A DNA stretch of 57,360 nt from positions 248,001 through 305,360 of the forward strand of contig JAVKOQ020000031.1 of the NCBI GenBank assembly GCA_031835245.2. The letters are read 5' to 3'. Positions 1-10,350 of the stretch are shown in pieces. The stretch comes from Balamuthia mandrillaris (Eukaryota). The notes beneath the pieces were generated by a model. The model saw only the letters and a list, made by a program, of their open reading frames with translations, made no database searches and was not told the origin of the DNA. The translations under genes and the position numbers were made by a program. Each line of letters starts with the position of its first letter. Within the stretch, counting starts at the first letter, position 1.

Positions 1-1618
1 GGGCCTGTAACTCACACACAAAATGACGACTCTATGCTCTAGCAACTCTCTTTCCATCTTTGATGGCAAAACTATGAGCACAGTCATTCTCAAGGAAAGA
101 AACCTTCCCTTGCTCACCTTCATACATTCAGTTGTACTGCCTTTGTGCATATCCCAAAGTCCCAATGAAACAAGCTTGCTCCTTGTGAAAAAAGAAACGA
201 TCTACTTGAATCCTGAAATAGGAGCCAAAGCCTATTGTCTTTACAACAAGGCAACAAAATCAATTGTTGTCAGCAAGGATGTTACCTTTGTGGAAAGTAA
301 TCCTGTCCCCATTGATGAGAGTCCCTATGTAATTGTCTACCCTGGTGAGAAAGATGATGATGATGTCCCAAGCAGCTCCAAGACCTCTGCAAGTCCTGTA
401 CAAACCATACCTCACGCTATTTCTCTGAACAGTGTTCCTCCTCCAGGTCCTACTGCTACAACAGTGGCCTCTCCTCACAATGATGCTCAACTCATGGATC
501 TCAAAGGACCTCCTCCACTGATACTGGACTCCTCCCATGATGCTGGATCATCCTTATCAGAAACTCTGATTCCTCAGTCCAGCACTCTAAGCGGGCACCT
601 TCCATCTGATTCAGACATTGAAGATGAACCTAACTCACTCTCATTTAAACCATATCATTTCATTGATGACGGTGGTGGCCCCTCTCAACAACTCTTGTCC
701 TCCGAATTCTCTGGAAGTGCCCCAGATGATTCATTCTCAGAACCTGAGAATCCTTGCCATCTGAATTGAAAGAAGAAGAAGAAGATGATGATGATGTACC
801 AGCATCAACGTCCTTCAACAAGGAAACACTCCCTTCTTGCTCTTCTACTACCTCAACAACAATGTCACCTTCAGGAGGAGTACCTCTCTCAACCATCTCA
901 TTCTCGCCTGGCTCAGCATCCTCATCTCTAAGAAGACCTTCCTCCTCCTCATCCTTGGCACTCTCACTCCCCAGAACACCTTCCTCCTCCACTAGCTCGA
1001 GGCACTCTAACACAGGGGGAGCAGAATCATCATGAGCATCATCAGCAAGATCATCTCCAGCCTCTCCAACCTCATGCAGAAATCAGAAGAAAACCATTAC
1101 AACAAAAGTCAAAGGGGAATGTGTGCGACTCTGCATCCCAGCCTCTCAAGCTTTTTGACACTCTCAGCACAACTCGAAACCACTGAAGTGGTTAGACGAC
1201 CTCTACACACCCCAGCTCTACCTCTCAGTCATCCTTCCTGCAAGCATGAAATTGCCAATCTCCGCATGAATGTCAACACTGCCTTTCTCTACAACATTCT
1301 TGATGTGGAAATCTACATAGAACAACCTGAAGGCTTTGTTGATCCTGAGCATCTAGACTGGGTATGGCATCTCCAACACTCTCTCTACAGCCTCAAGCAA
1401 GCTCCAAGAATCTGGCACCATGTGAGTTTCTCAAGAGTATCAGTTTTGTGCAATCCTCAACAGACCAGTGTATCTACATCAAGTTTGAAGGGGGAGAAAA
1501 ATGCATCATCACCCTTTATGTGAATGACTTACTCATCACCACCTTGAATAAGCAGCTTCTTGTCTACATCAAGTCCAAACTCTCTCAACATTTCCACAAG
1601 AAGCTGATGGACTGTTGA
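1..1618 (+). mobile_element. Degenerate Ty1/Copia LTR-retrotransposon pol remnant (post-integrase SH3-like region plus reverse transcriptase fragments)
   Basis: AKAYCLYNKATKSIVVSKDVTFVES (Copia K.YR.Y....K.I.SRDV.F.E motif). RT fragments NVNTAFLYNILDVEIYIEQPEGF, SLYSLKQAPRIW and DQCIYIK...LYVNDLLI (YVDD decayed). Broken by frameshifts and deletions; no LTR visible in the window. Confidence 0.9.
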
Positions 1619-1634
1619 ATTACATCATTGCTAA

Positions 1635-2010
1635 AAGTCAGGCAAGTTGGTCTGTATGGACCTAATCAGTAAGTTGCCCTTGGCAGTCAAAGAGTACCAA
1701 TAAACTTTCAACTCTTTTTGGCATCAAGCATAAATACATAATGGCAGAGCATTTCCAAGGAAATAACCTAATGTATTATACCAACAACTTGTGACAATTT
1801 GTGAATGGCAGGCAACAAGCCTGGAGTATGTACCTTCCAATGCTACTTACTCTTGCCACTGCCAGGATGACAATTGTCAACCTCTTACAAGCTTTTATTT
1901 GGGAGAGAAATAGCATGGCAAGCTAGAGGAAGAGTTTAAGGTTGGCAACCTAGTTCTCATTCACTCCAAAGCCACATCAATTGGCAAGTTTAAGAAACTC
2001 TCACTCTTCA
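1635..2010 (+). mobile_element. Degenerate Ty3/Gypsy integrase remnant
   Basis: Short in-frame pieces LVCMDLI, LSTLFGIKHKYIMAEHFQGNNL (cf. LGIKH..TTAYHPQ.NG), L*QFVNGRQQAWSMYLPML (cf. LR.FV...Q.DW..YLP) and EEFKVGNLVLIHSKA..GKFKKL (cf. F.VGDLVL...KKL). Not in the ORF track because it is fragmented. Confidence 0.7.
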
Positions 2011-2329
2011 CCAATTCTAGGTTTCTTCTTAGAATTACTCTCTTCTTTCTACTATTTATACTCTCTTTTGTTATTTTCTTCTTTAGCACAATAATATTTT
2101 TTCTTCACACATCACTTCCTCGTTGTGCTCGCACCCGCTCAACAGTTGGTTATTAGCTCGATCTGTTATGTCTTTACCTACGAGGTTGAGCTCGTTCAAC
2201 GCAAGAGGTGGCCACTCTCTCGAAAAGCTCACCCTGCCTCATTCTTCTTTGGCTGCGTCTCCTGGCGATTCCTGCGGCACCACCACCACCCCTGCAAAAG
2301 TTGCCCTTTCCCTCTCAAACGACCCAGCC

Positions 2330-3733
2330 ATGGCGAGTGGAAAGGTGGTAGCGGGGAGGAGATCAGGAGAGTCCAAGCCTGCCCTCAAGGAAAAATTTGT
2401 TGACATTTATGAGCGGCTGTTTGAGGTTTGCCAAACTTCTCTTCTTTGTTTTCTTAGATGGTGGTTATGAGGAGTGAATCACCATAAAGGTTCTCTGTTT
2501 TTTTTTTCTTTCTTGTTTGAAAAAGGGAGAGACGTTATATACAAATGATGAGGAAGAAGACACGTTCTGGTCAGAGCTGTTTCTGCTCAAGGTGAACGCC
2601 GCGTTCTTGGACCGACACCTCAAGCTCAAAAGCGAAGAGCAGTTGCTCTCTTTGCGAGTACGTTTTTCTCTCTCTCTCTTTGCGTCTCTCCCTCTCTTTC
2701 TCTCTTCCTCTTCTCTATCCTCTACTTCTCTGTCGCTTTTGTCTTTGTCTTTTTTTTGGTTCTATGCTTCTGTACCTCTCTTCGGCGTGCTCTTCTCCAC
2801 TTCGTTCTCTTCTGCTTCTCTCTCTCTGTTGCTCTCTCTCTCTCTTCCCTATGTTGGTTGAGGTAACCTATGTCTACAGAAAAATGTGAGTGCCATATTT
2901 GCAAGGGCATGTGAAACTATTGGCGACGCAGAAACGAATCCTCATCGTATAGCTCATGCTCTTGAGGTTTCATTTCCTTCTCTGTTCTTCTCTTGTGGTG
3001 TTTCGTAGTATAGATCTCGTTCACCCTCTGCTTCTTCATTTGATAACCTCTGTTTCGTTTCGAACAAAACCAAAAGACACTGTGCATTTTGTTGAGAAAC
3101 TTATTTCGCAAGAGATTCGAGCTGTATCATGCTCATGCTGTGATTGTGCTATGCCCACCACCCAACTCGGAAGATGAAAAGAGTAGCGACAACAAACACA
3201 ACATCGGTTCCATGGGACCTCTCTTCACAAAGTTTCTGCAAAACCTGTTACACATCCTCTCCTCTGAGCGTTTTACTCGTACTCTTCTTGCTTCTTGTTC
3301 TTCTTGTTCTTTATCTCTTTGTAACGGTCTTGTTTGCTTTAAATTAGGCCCATTCCAAAAGCTGGCACTTGAATTGTTGTTACTGCTGGCCACTGCGAAT
3401 GATAACTTGCGTGATAATCCTTTGATACCGTTCTTCATGAGCATTGATTGCTTCGACCCATTGTGCATGGTTTGCTTCTAGTTCCTTTTTTTCTTTTTTG
3501 ATTGTTACCGCTTTCTTACTCTCTCTCTCTCTCTCTCCCCCCCTACACAGATGCTTTCTCGTGCTCTAGAAGCAACGCTCTCCTCTTCTTTTCCCTCTGC
3601 GTTGGAAGTGGATGCATTGTTGCTTCTCGCTATCATGCTGCAATTCAAGACAACTACAAACAACACTAACCCTTATGCTGCTCGCTTAATCGCGTTATCT
3701 CCCACTTCTCTGGAGTTTTCGGTTCTCTTTCTT

Positions 3734-3773
<40 letters not shown>

Positions 3774-5861
3774 CTATTGCGTAATCTCAGATCTGTTCTA
3801 ATAACAAAAAAAAGACCTTATGTAGGACGCTTTCTGTTGTAAGTAAGACAACAGCGGGAGATCTGGTAAAGGAATTACCACCGTTACAAGCATCTTCCGC
3901 GACCAACGCCAATGCCAACGGAAGCGGCGGCGGTGGAATGTTTTCCCGTTTCTTTGGCGGCCTATTTGGGTCCACTCCTCCAGAACAACCTTCTCTTCCA
4001 GAGTGCGTTGCTCCTTGCAATACTTTTCTTTCAATCTTTCCTTCTTGTCGGTGACATATTTATTCGCAACATCCTCTCTTTCTCTCTCTCTCTCTTCTCT
4101 CTCTCTAGCTGTATCTCATTATGCTCTCTCATTCTTCTCCTCAAATAGATATTCTTTTGCAGCAAATACATTGTTAATAGAAGGACTTGCTACTCTTCGT
4201 AACATTGCATCTCTTCCTGTATTACTTGCTGCTCATTGCATTACCTCTGATGCAACCACTTCAATCCCTTGCTCATCCACAACCTCAGCAACAGCTTCAT
4301 CCTTTGAACCCTCTCTTCTTTCTCATCAACTGTTACAAGAATTTTTTGCGCTTTCCAGCTTTTTGTTGCTCTGCCCAAAGAAAACGAAAGAGTCTCTGCC
4401 CTCAACCAATATTTTCTACGCTTTATCGGATGGAGGAGCTCTTTGTCTGCGCGTTTGGGCCAGTATATGCCGTGACCAACGCGCTCTTTTGCTTTTGGAT
4501 GAGGTGGAATGTCCCATCAATGCTCCTCTCTATCAAAAGGTTCTTCCGTTTTGCTTTCTTTCTCGTTTCTTGTCCGTTGTTTGTTTCTTTCTAGATGTTA
4601 CTTTCTTTCATTTCTGATTGATGCCATCTGGACGAATAAACATGCGCAGATGATAAGCAGCACAGCAGCAGCACGTTTTGCGTCTAAGAAACCAATTGCA
4701 ACCACGATGAGCAAACCAGCACCGATGCGACAGGCCTTGTTGGAAGTTCTTGTTCACTTTTTGAAGCGAAACATGCGAAAGCAATTGCCCAACGGAATGT
4801 ATGGAGAAGCTCTGGACGCTGTATATCTCATTGCTCGTCATATGTTGCTCCATCGCTATCGTCGTTTATCTACTTCTTCGAGTAATGATAAAGAAGGGAG
4901 TGGAGAAGCTGAAAAGGAAGAACGGCAAAAGGAACAACACGATGCAACAACGGCAAATATTGAGAAGAAAGAGGAGGAAGAAGAGCAAAAGTGGGACTGG
5001 GCAGTACTGTGGAAAGCTCTAATTGCACTGATGAAGTTCCTTCCATCTCGCTCTCATCATCATCAACAAATTGAGTTGCATGAAGAGGAACAGTCAAACG
5101 AAAAAGAAGAACGAGAAAAGGAAGAGCAACAGCTCATTGCGCGAATAACTTCTCTCTGGAACTTGTTCATTATGACAGGACAGGCCGATCTTTTTTCCAG
5201 GCATGAAACAACGAAAGAGGATGAAGAAGTTAAAGAAGAAGGCAAAGATAAAGAGAACAGCAATCAACAAGCCGAAGAAGACAAGGTAAAAGAAGATACA
5301 CGGATATTAACGAGTAAGAGCGATCAAAGAGAGAATTTGGAGAAGCGCAACGACACCATGTACGATAAACTTGTATATCACATCATTCACAACGCACAAA
5401 TCTTTCAACTCTTTATCGAATGGGGTTTGTATCTTTTTTCTCTCATCTTTCCTCCTCTCTTCTCACTTTACCAACCCTTTCTTTTTCGTTCCCAAAAACA
5501 AGTTTCGCAAGAAGAGGCAAGTTTAGGATGGAAGTTGGACAATCTCTCCAACATAGTTCTCCACTTCACCCAAAAGATAAACGAGTGGTATGCTCATCAT
5601 CCAGAAGATACGCTTCAAACCCCAGAGCAAGTGATGGATCTTCTTCGACAACATTATCACTCTTCTCCTCGACTTGACCTCTCTTATGTGAATACCGAGG
5701 CAGAAGAAGGAGAGGCGAAAGCTATAAGCAACGACGAAGAAGGACGGAAGGAGCGGATTGTGAAGTGGATGATGCAAACCTTCAGGCTGCGTATCTCCGA
5801 GGATACTTTTGAATGCATCAAGTCGCCTCGTTTACTTGACCAACAACAAGAAGCAAGTTAG
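2330..5861 (+). CDS. ARMH3: ARMH3/C10orf76 (UPF0668)-like armadillo-helical protein, multi-exon
   Basis: N-terminus MASGKVVAGRRSGESKPALKEKFVDIYERLFE, then FWSELFLLKVNAAFL..L..LSLR/ENVSAIFARACE, matching the C10orf76 N-terminal pattern (KKPLKEK...FWEELFL.KVN). Exons separated by GT-AG pyrimidine-rich introns; last exon ends at TAG 5861. Internal exon borders not all resolved. Confidence 0.8.
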
Positions 5862-6414
5862 GTTTTGTTTTTTTTTTAAAAAAAAAGCATACATGCATTC
5901 GCAGAGAATAACGAGAGAAGATGAGAGAGGGAGAGAACCCTTTGTTGGGTTTGCCTATGTATTTATTCGTAAGCTCTCACCTCCTTGGGCAGCACTACGC
6001 TTCGTCTAGAGGTCGCTCGGGACACAGCTCCACCAGCCAAGTCCATGATGTGCTCTCTGCCATCAAAACTAAGAGGGACGTGAGAGTACCAGCGCAGAAC
6101 CCCCCATGGAGCACCCCAGCTGCCTTCGGGACCATGTGGTCATGCACGGTCAGTAGCATCCAAATACACCAACACTGGGGGGTGAAGTTGTGATGTGCTG
6201 CTGCCATACCCTCCATCAGGGCGTCCACGAAAGGTCCAGAGCCCAACGCAACATCTCAGGCTTCCGTCCGCGGACGATGGCACCCATCCTTCTTCTGCTT
6301 CTTATTGTTCTTCTTCTGCTCCTTCTACCCAACATCGCCTCAAACGCTCCTGCTTTTTTCTCAACTTACTTGAAGAAAACAAACGGTGAAGAAGAAAGAA
6401 GCAAAAAGAACAGA

Positions 6415-7345
6415 TTATTGATCCTTGGTGGCCCATTTGCTGACAAAAGTACCCCAACGGCCAAACAGGGCATTCACCTGCCTGGAGCAATGCTCCACTA
6501 CCTGTCTGTCGTCTTTGGCGTCGGCGATGTTATCTCGATTGTTGGCCACGCACTGTTGCAGGCTCTCCAGCTCCTCCGGGAAGAGCTTGGAAAAGAAGCA
6601 GGGCAGCTCCGCCTCCACCTTCCGAGGACCGGGTCCGTACTGGTTGGTCTCACAGGTGGATATCACTTGGCGCTCTTTGGCTGTCAGAGCAGCCTGTTGT
6701 TTGTCCTTTTGGATGGCTGGCTCCAATTTGGCGAACATGTCTGAAGAGAAAACGAAAAAGAGAACAAAGCATGGAGAACAGGGAGCGACAAGAGAAGAGA
6801 GAAGAGAGAAGAGAGAAGAGAGAAGAGAGAAGAGAGAAGAGAGACAACAAGAAGTAAGCGACAAAGTAGAGGACAATCGTAGAAATGAGAGACACAGTAC
6901 TGGCAATATCGTTGGAGCAAGCTTGCAACTTATTGTCAGAGTCCGCCAAGCAACTGTTGGAACAAAAAAAAGAACACAGAAAAACATGAGTTAATCGATA
7001 AAACGCAAGATTCGAAAGCAAGCAAAGAAAGTAGCAACTACGACTACGTACCGGGAAACCTTTTCTTTCTCAGATTGAAAGCCGTAGTGTCCCGAGGCGC
7101 ACTGCCCAAGAGCCACATGCGCTGCTGCACAGTCTGGAGATCTTTTTTTTAACAAAAGAAACCATAAAGCCGATCAACAAGAGGAAAAATAGAAGCACAA
7201 AAAAAAACACCGATTACCCATGTCCCTTTTCTTTGAGGCATTGGTGGTAGGTTTTCCTTTCTTCGTCGCAGAGGGAGGTTACGCGGCTAAACCTGCTTTG
7301 GTAGACCCCCTTCGAGAAGGCTTCCCGCGCCTCCGAATTCTCCAT
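6415..7345 (-). CDS. Twin CX9C (CHCH) domain protein, probably mitochondrial intermembrane space, about 4 exons
   Basis: Spliced reading MENSEAREAFSKGVYQSRFSRVTSLCDEERKTYHQCLKEKGHG/SPDCAAAHVALGQC gives CX9C-X10-CX9C. Last exon DMFAKLEP...KWATKDQ* ends at 6415. Confidence 0.7.
6790..6845. repeat. (AGAGAAG)n purine tandem repeat inside an intron
   Basis: Directly visible heptamer-like tandem array. Confidence 0.85.
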
Positions 7346-7557
7346 CAGGTTCGCCCAGCTGACTTTGCTTTTGCTCATCTTCGCTAAAACCCTTTTTTTC
7401 CTCGCTCTCTTCTTCCCTCCTGTCCCCTCTTTTTTTTCTTCGTTTTCTTTTTATTTTTATGTTTTCTGTCGACCTTGTGAACATAATAGAAATATGTTCA
7501 TCTAATAGTTTTAAGTAAAATCATTAATGCTCCTAACTAATAGGCGCAGAATTCTTT

Positions 7558-7622
7558 CTTTTATTTTTATTTTTATTTTATTTTTTATTTTTATTTTTAT
7601 TTTTATTTTTATTTTTATTTTT
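7558..7622. repeat. (TTTTTA)n AT-rich microsatellite, intergenic
   Basis: Directly visible. Confidence 0.9.
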
Positions 7623-7796
7623 GTTTCTATGACATATTATTTTCTTTTCTTGGTTTTTCTTTTCGTTTTTTTTTTTTCGTTTTTGTTTTTTTAAAGATTC
7701 TTAGTTCTTCTTTTTTTCCGTTTTTTCTTTTTCATCTTTTTCTTTTTGTTTTTTGAGGGTTTGTTTTTCCTCTGCATTCATATTGATTTAAATATG

Positions 7797-9489
7797 CTAA
7801 CAAACCAAACAGTTGGAGCTTCCATCCTGTGCCTCCTCGCTTGCTTCCCCGTTGCCCTCCTTCCCTTTGGGAGGCCTGAAGCCAAGAAACTCATCCACGA
7901 AACGAATCCAACAAACGGGGAAGGCCTCCAGAGGATCCTCCTTCAGCTCCTCCACGATGCGAAACTCAAAGGGGCCGTTCATGAAGCGCTCCCTGTCCTC
8001 ACGCCAGCTGAAGAGGCTCGCCCCTGCTCCGTTGTGAAATGGATTCTTTCAGGAGAGAACATTCAGAAAGAAAGATAAGTATCAGTGGTTCAGAAAAGAA
8101 GCAAAGAGAAAGTTAGCAAACCAGTTCAATGATTTTAACATCATTGTTCTTGGTTACATAAAAGTCAATAACTGCAGTTGGAGTAATATGAGTGTGCGAG
8201 TAGAAAGAGAGCGAACAGAGAGAGAGAAGAATGAACACGGACCATAATTTTCATGATCGATGTTGTGTTTAATGGACTCGAAGAACTGCAGAATGATCTG
8301 TTGTAGCTCATCCTTTCTCTCTATCAGATCGTCATCTTTTACAGGACGACTCATCATTAGCTTAAATATGAGAGAGAGAGAGAGAGAGAGAGAGAAAGAT
8401 AACGTTGCACTTACATTTACAGCAAGAAAAATATTGTGTCTGTTGGAGAACGACAGTTTTGTTTAATAAACACACAGGAGAACGATGAGCGAGAGTTCGA
8501 GAAGAAAGAAGAGAGAGGGTGAGAGGAGAGAGGGAGAGAACGAGACAGACAGAGAGAGAGAGAGAGAGAGAGTGGGAGAGATGTACCATTGCATTAAGCT
8601 GATTTGAGTGCACAAAGCAACGAAACTCATACTGGTTATCATTGCGAAGACGAATAAGAACGAGCTAAAAGAGAAGAAGAAGAAGGAAAGCCAAACCTGC
8701 GGTCGTTCAGGAACTTCATCCCACCACTCACGGAGGATGAGTTTGGTGGTCCAAGCAAAGTGGCGGTAGGGCAGTGCTCGTACCAAGTCCTCCTTCACTC
8801 GGTCGCTTCGTATCAACAACTGAAGGGAAGAATGAAATGTTGTAAACACGCAAGCGAAACTAAATGAGAGAGAGAAAGAGAGAGAGAGGAGGCCTTCAAT
8901 GTACATTTAATGCCTCTTCTCCGTTTGTCACTTTCATAAAACGATTTGTTCCTCTAATGTTCAAACTTATTGTTAGACAAGGCTGTAGCCAACAGGAGAA
9001 CAGAAGCCAGAGAGAGAGAGAGAGAGAGAGAGATGAACAAAAATAAAAGAGGAAAAAAAGGAGAAGGCTCGAAAGAAAAGATGCATACATGATAATGGCA
9101 TTGGCTAGCATGTTGGTATCCCTTACAGATGGCTGCTTGTCCGGATACAGACGCTCTAGCTCGTCGCGAATGAGCTGCTGCACCGCCTCGTTCTCAAAGT
9201 CGTATACCGGAACGTCTTTTGGCGAGCGCGTGTCCTTTTCCATGAAAATAAGAACCGACAACAACCAACAATGGACAACAAAGAAGCAAAGAAGCAAAGA
9301 CGAAAGATGAAACAAGATAGAAGCCTAGAAAAGAAGGACATGACAAGAAGCGACCACAAAGAAGAACGGAACGCAAACCAATTTGATGAATGCTCCGCCA
9401 GGAAACTCCGTTTCCAACAGAGAATGAAGCCTCTCTCTTAACTGCCTCCAAAAAATATGTTAAAAAAGTTGATCTCATCCTAAAACAAC

Positions 9490-9532
<43 letters not shown>

Positions 9533-9729
9533 TAGGTACGTCGTCGAGCAGCTGTCTTCCTCCTTCATCCAGGCGTGACCGTCGCCCGTCCACAATGGCC
9601 TCCGCTTCCTCCACCGAAAGAGGGACGGACAAGGTATGAAACGTATGGTCTTGCAACGCCTCGTACCACGTTTCTATTCCAAAACTTTATTGTTCCAACA
9701 AAAAGGTATCAAAAGATAGGTTTTCACGA

Positions 9730-9762
<33 letters not shown>

Positions 9763-10022
9763 CTACCAGGACGTGTAGTGCTTCCTTCGAAACAGCTCGA
9801 CGTCACAAGCGCGTACGCCCAATGCTTTGATCTCTTCATCTATATAGTTTGAAAAGAATGACAAAACGGACCATTATTATTTTTAAAAAAAATCATCATG
9901 GTGTTGGACAGACCGCTTAATAGAAACTTGCTGGTATATCTTTTTGTCTGGGTCCCTTCTGTTGCTTCTTGTTCCGACTGCTGCTCCGTCTTCTCCTTCT
10001 CTTTCTGCCTTGGCTCTTCCAT
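7797..10022 (-). CDS. Cdc123-like ATP-grasp (D123/R2K clade) protein, multi-exon
   Basis: Motifs in order across exons: DTRSPKD, LIRSDRVKEDL, KLILREWW...PQ/YEFRCFVHSNQLNA..TQYF, NPFHNGAGASLFSW. These match the Cdc123 family SPKD / S.R+..DL / L.LR.W..EFRCFV / NPF...LFSW pattern. Start taken at MEEPRQKE (10022), uncertain. Confidence 0.75.
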
Positions 10023-10350
10023 TTCTCTTTTTTTCTGTTTCCGATCTTCCCCGACCACGTCGTCACGAAACCACTCTGGATAACAGAAACGAGCCGAATA
10101 CGTTATCTAAGTTGCCTTATGTAAGAGCGAAAATAAGGTTGGACAATTTTTTGACACAGGGCAGACACCTCAAGGTTAAGAGAAAAAGAAACACCTGTGT
10201 TCCCTTCGTGACGACGTGAATATTAGAAACAAAAAGAAAAAAAAAAGGAGAAAAGAAAAAGAGTTTGTTTGCAGCCGATGAGCCGCTACTCCGAACAGCG
10301 GTAACTTTAGAGAACAGCGGAGGGGGAGGAGGGAAAATACATAATACGAG

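Noticed and set aside
5980..6290. GC-rich coding-looking patch between two convergent 3' ends (83-aa minus ORF with a TTG start)
   Set aside because: No ATG in good context, no recognisable motif or splice partner; may be a pseudogene fragment or UTR, and I cannot support a call.
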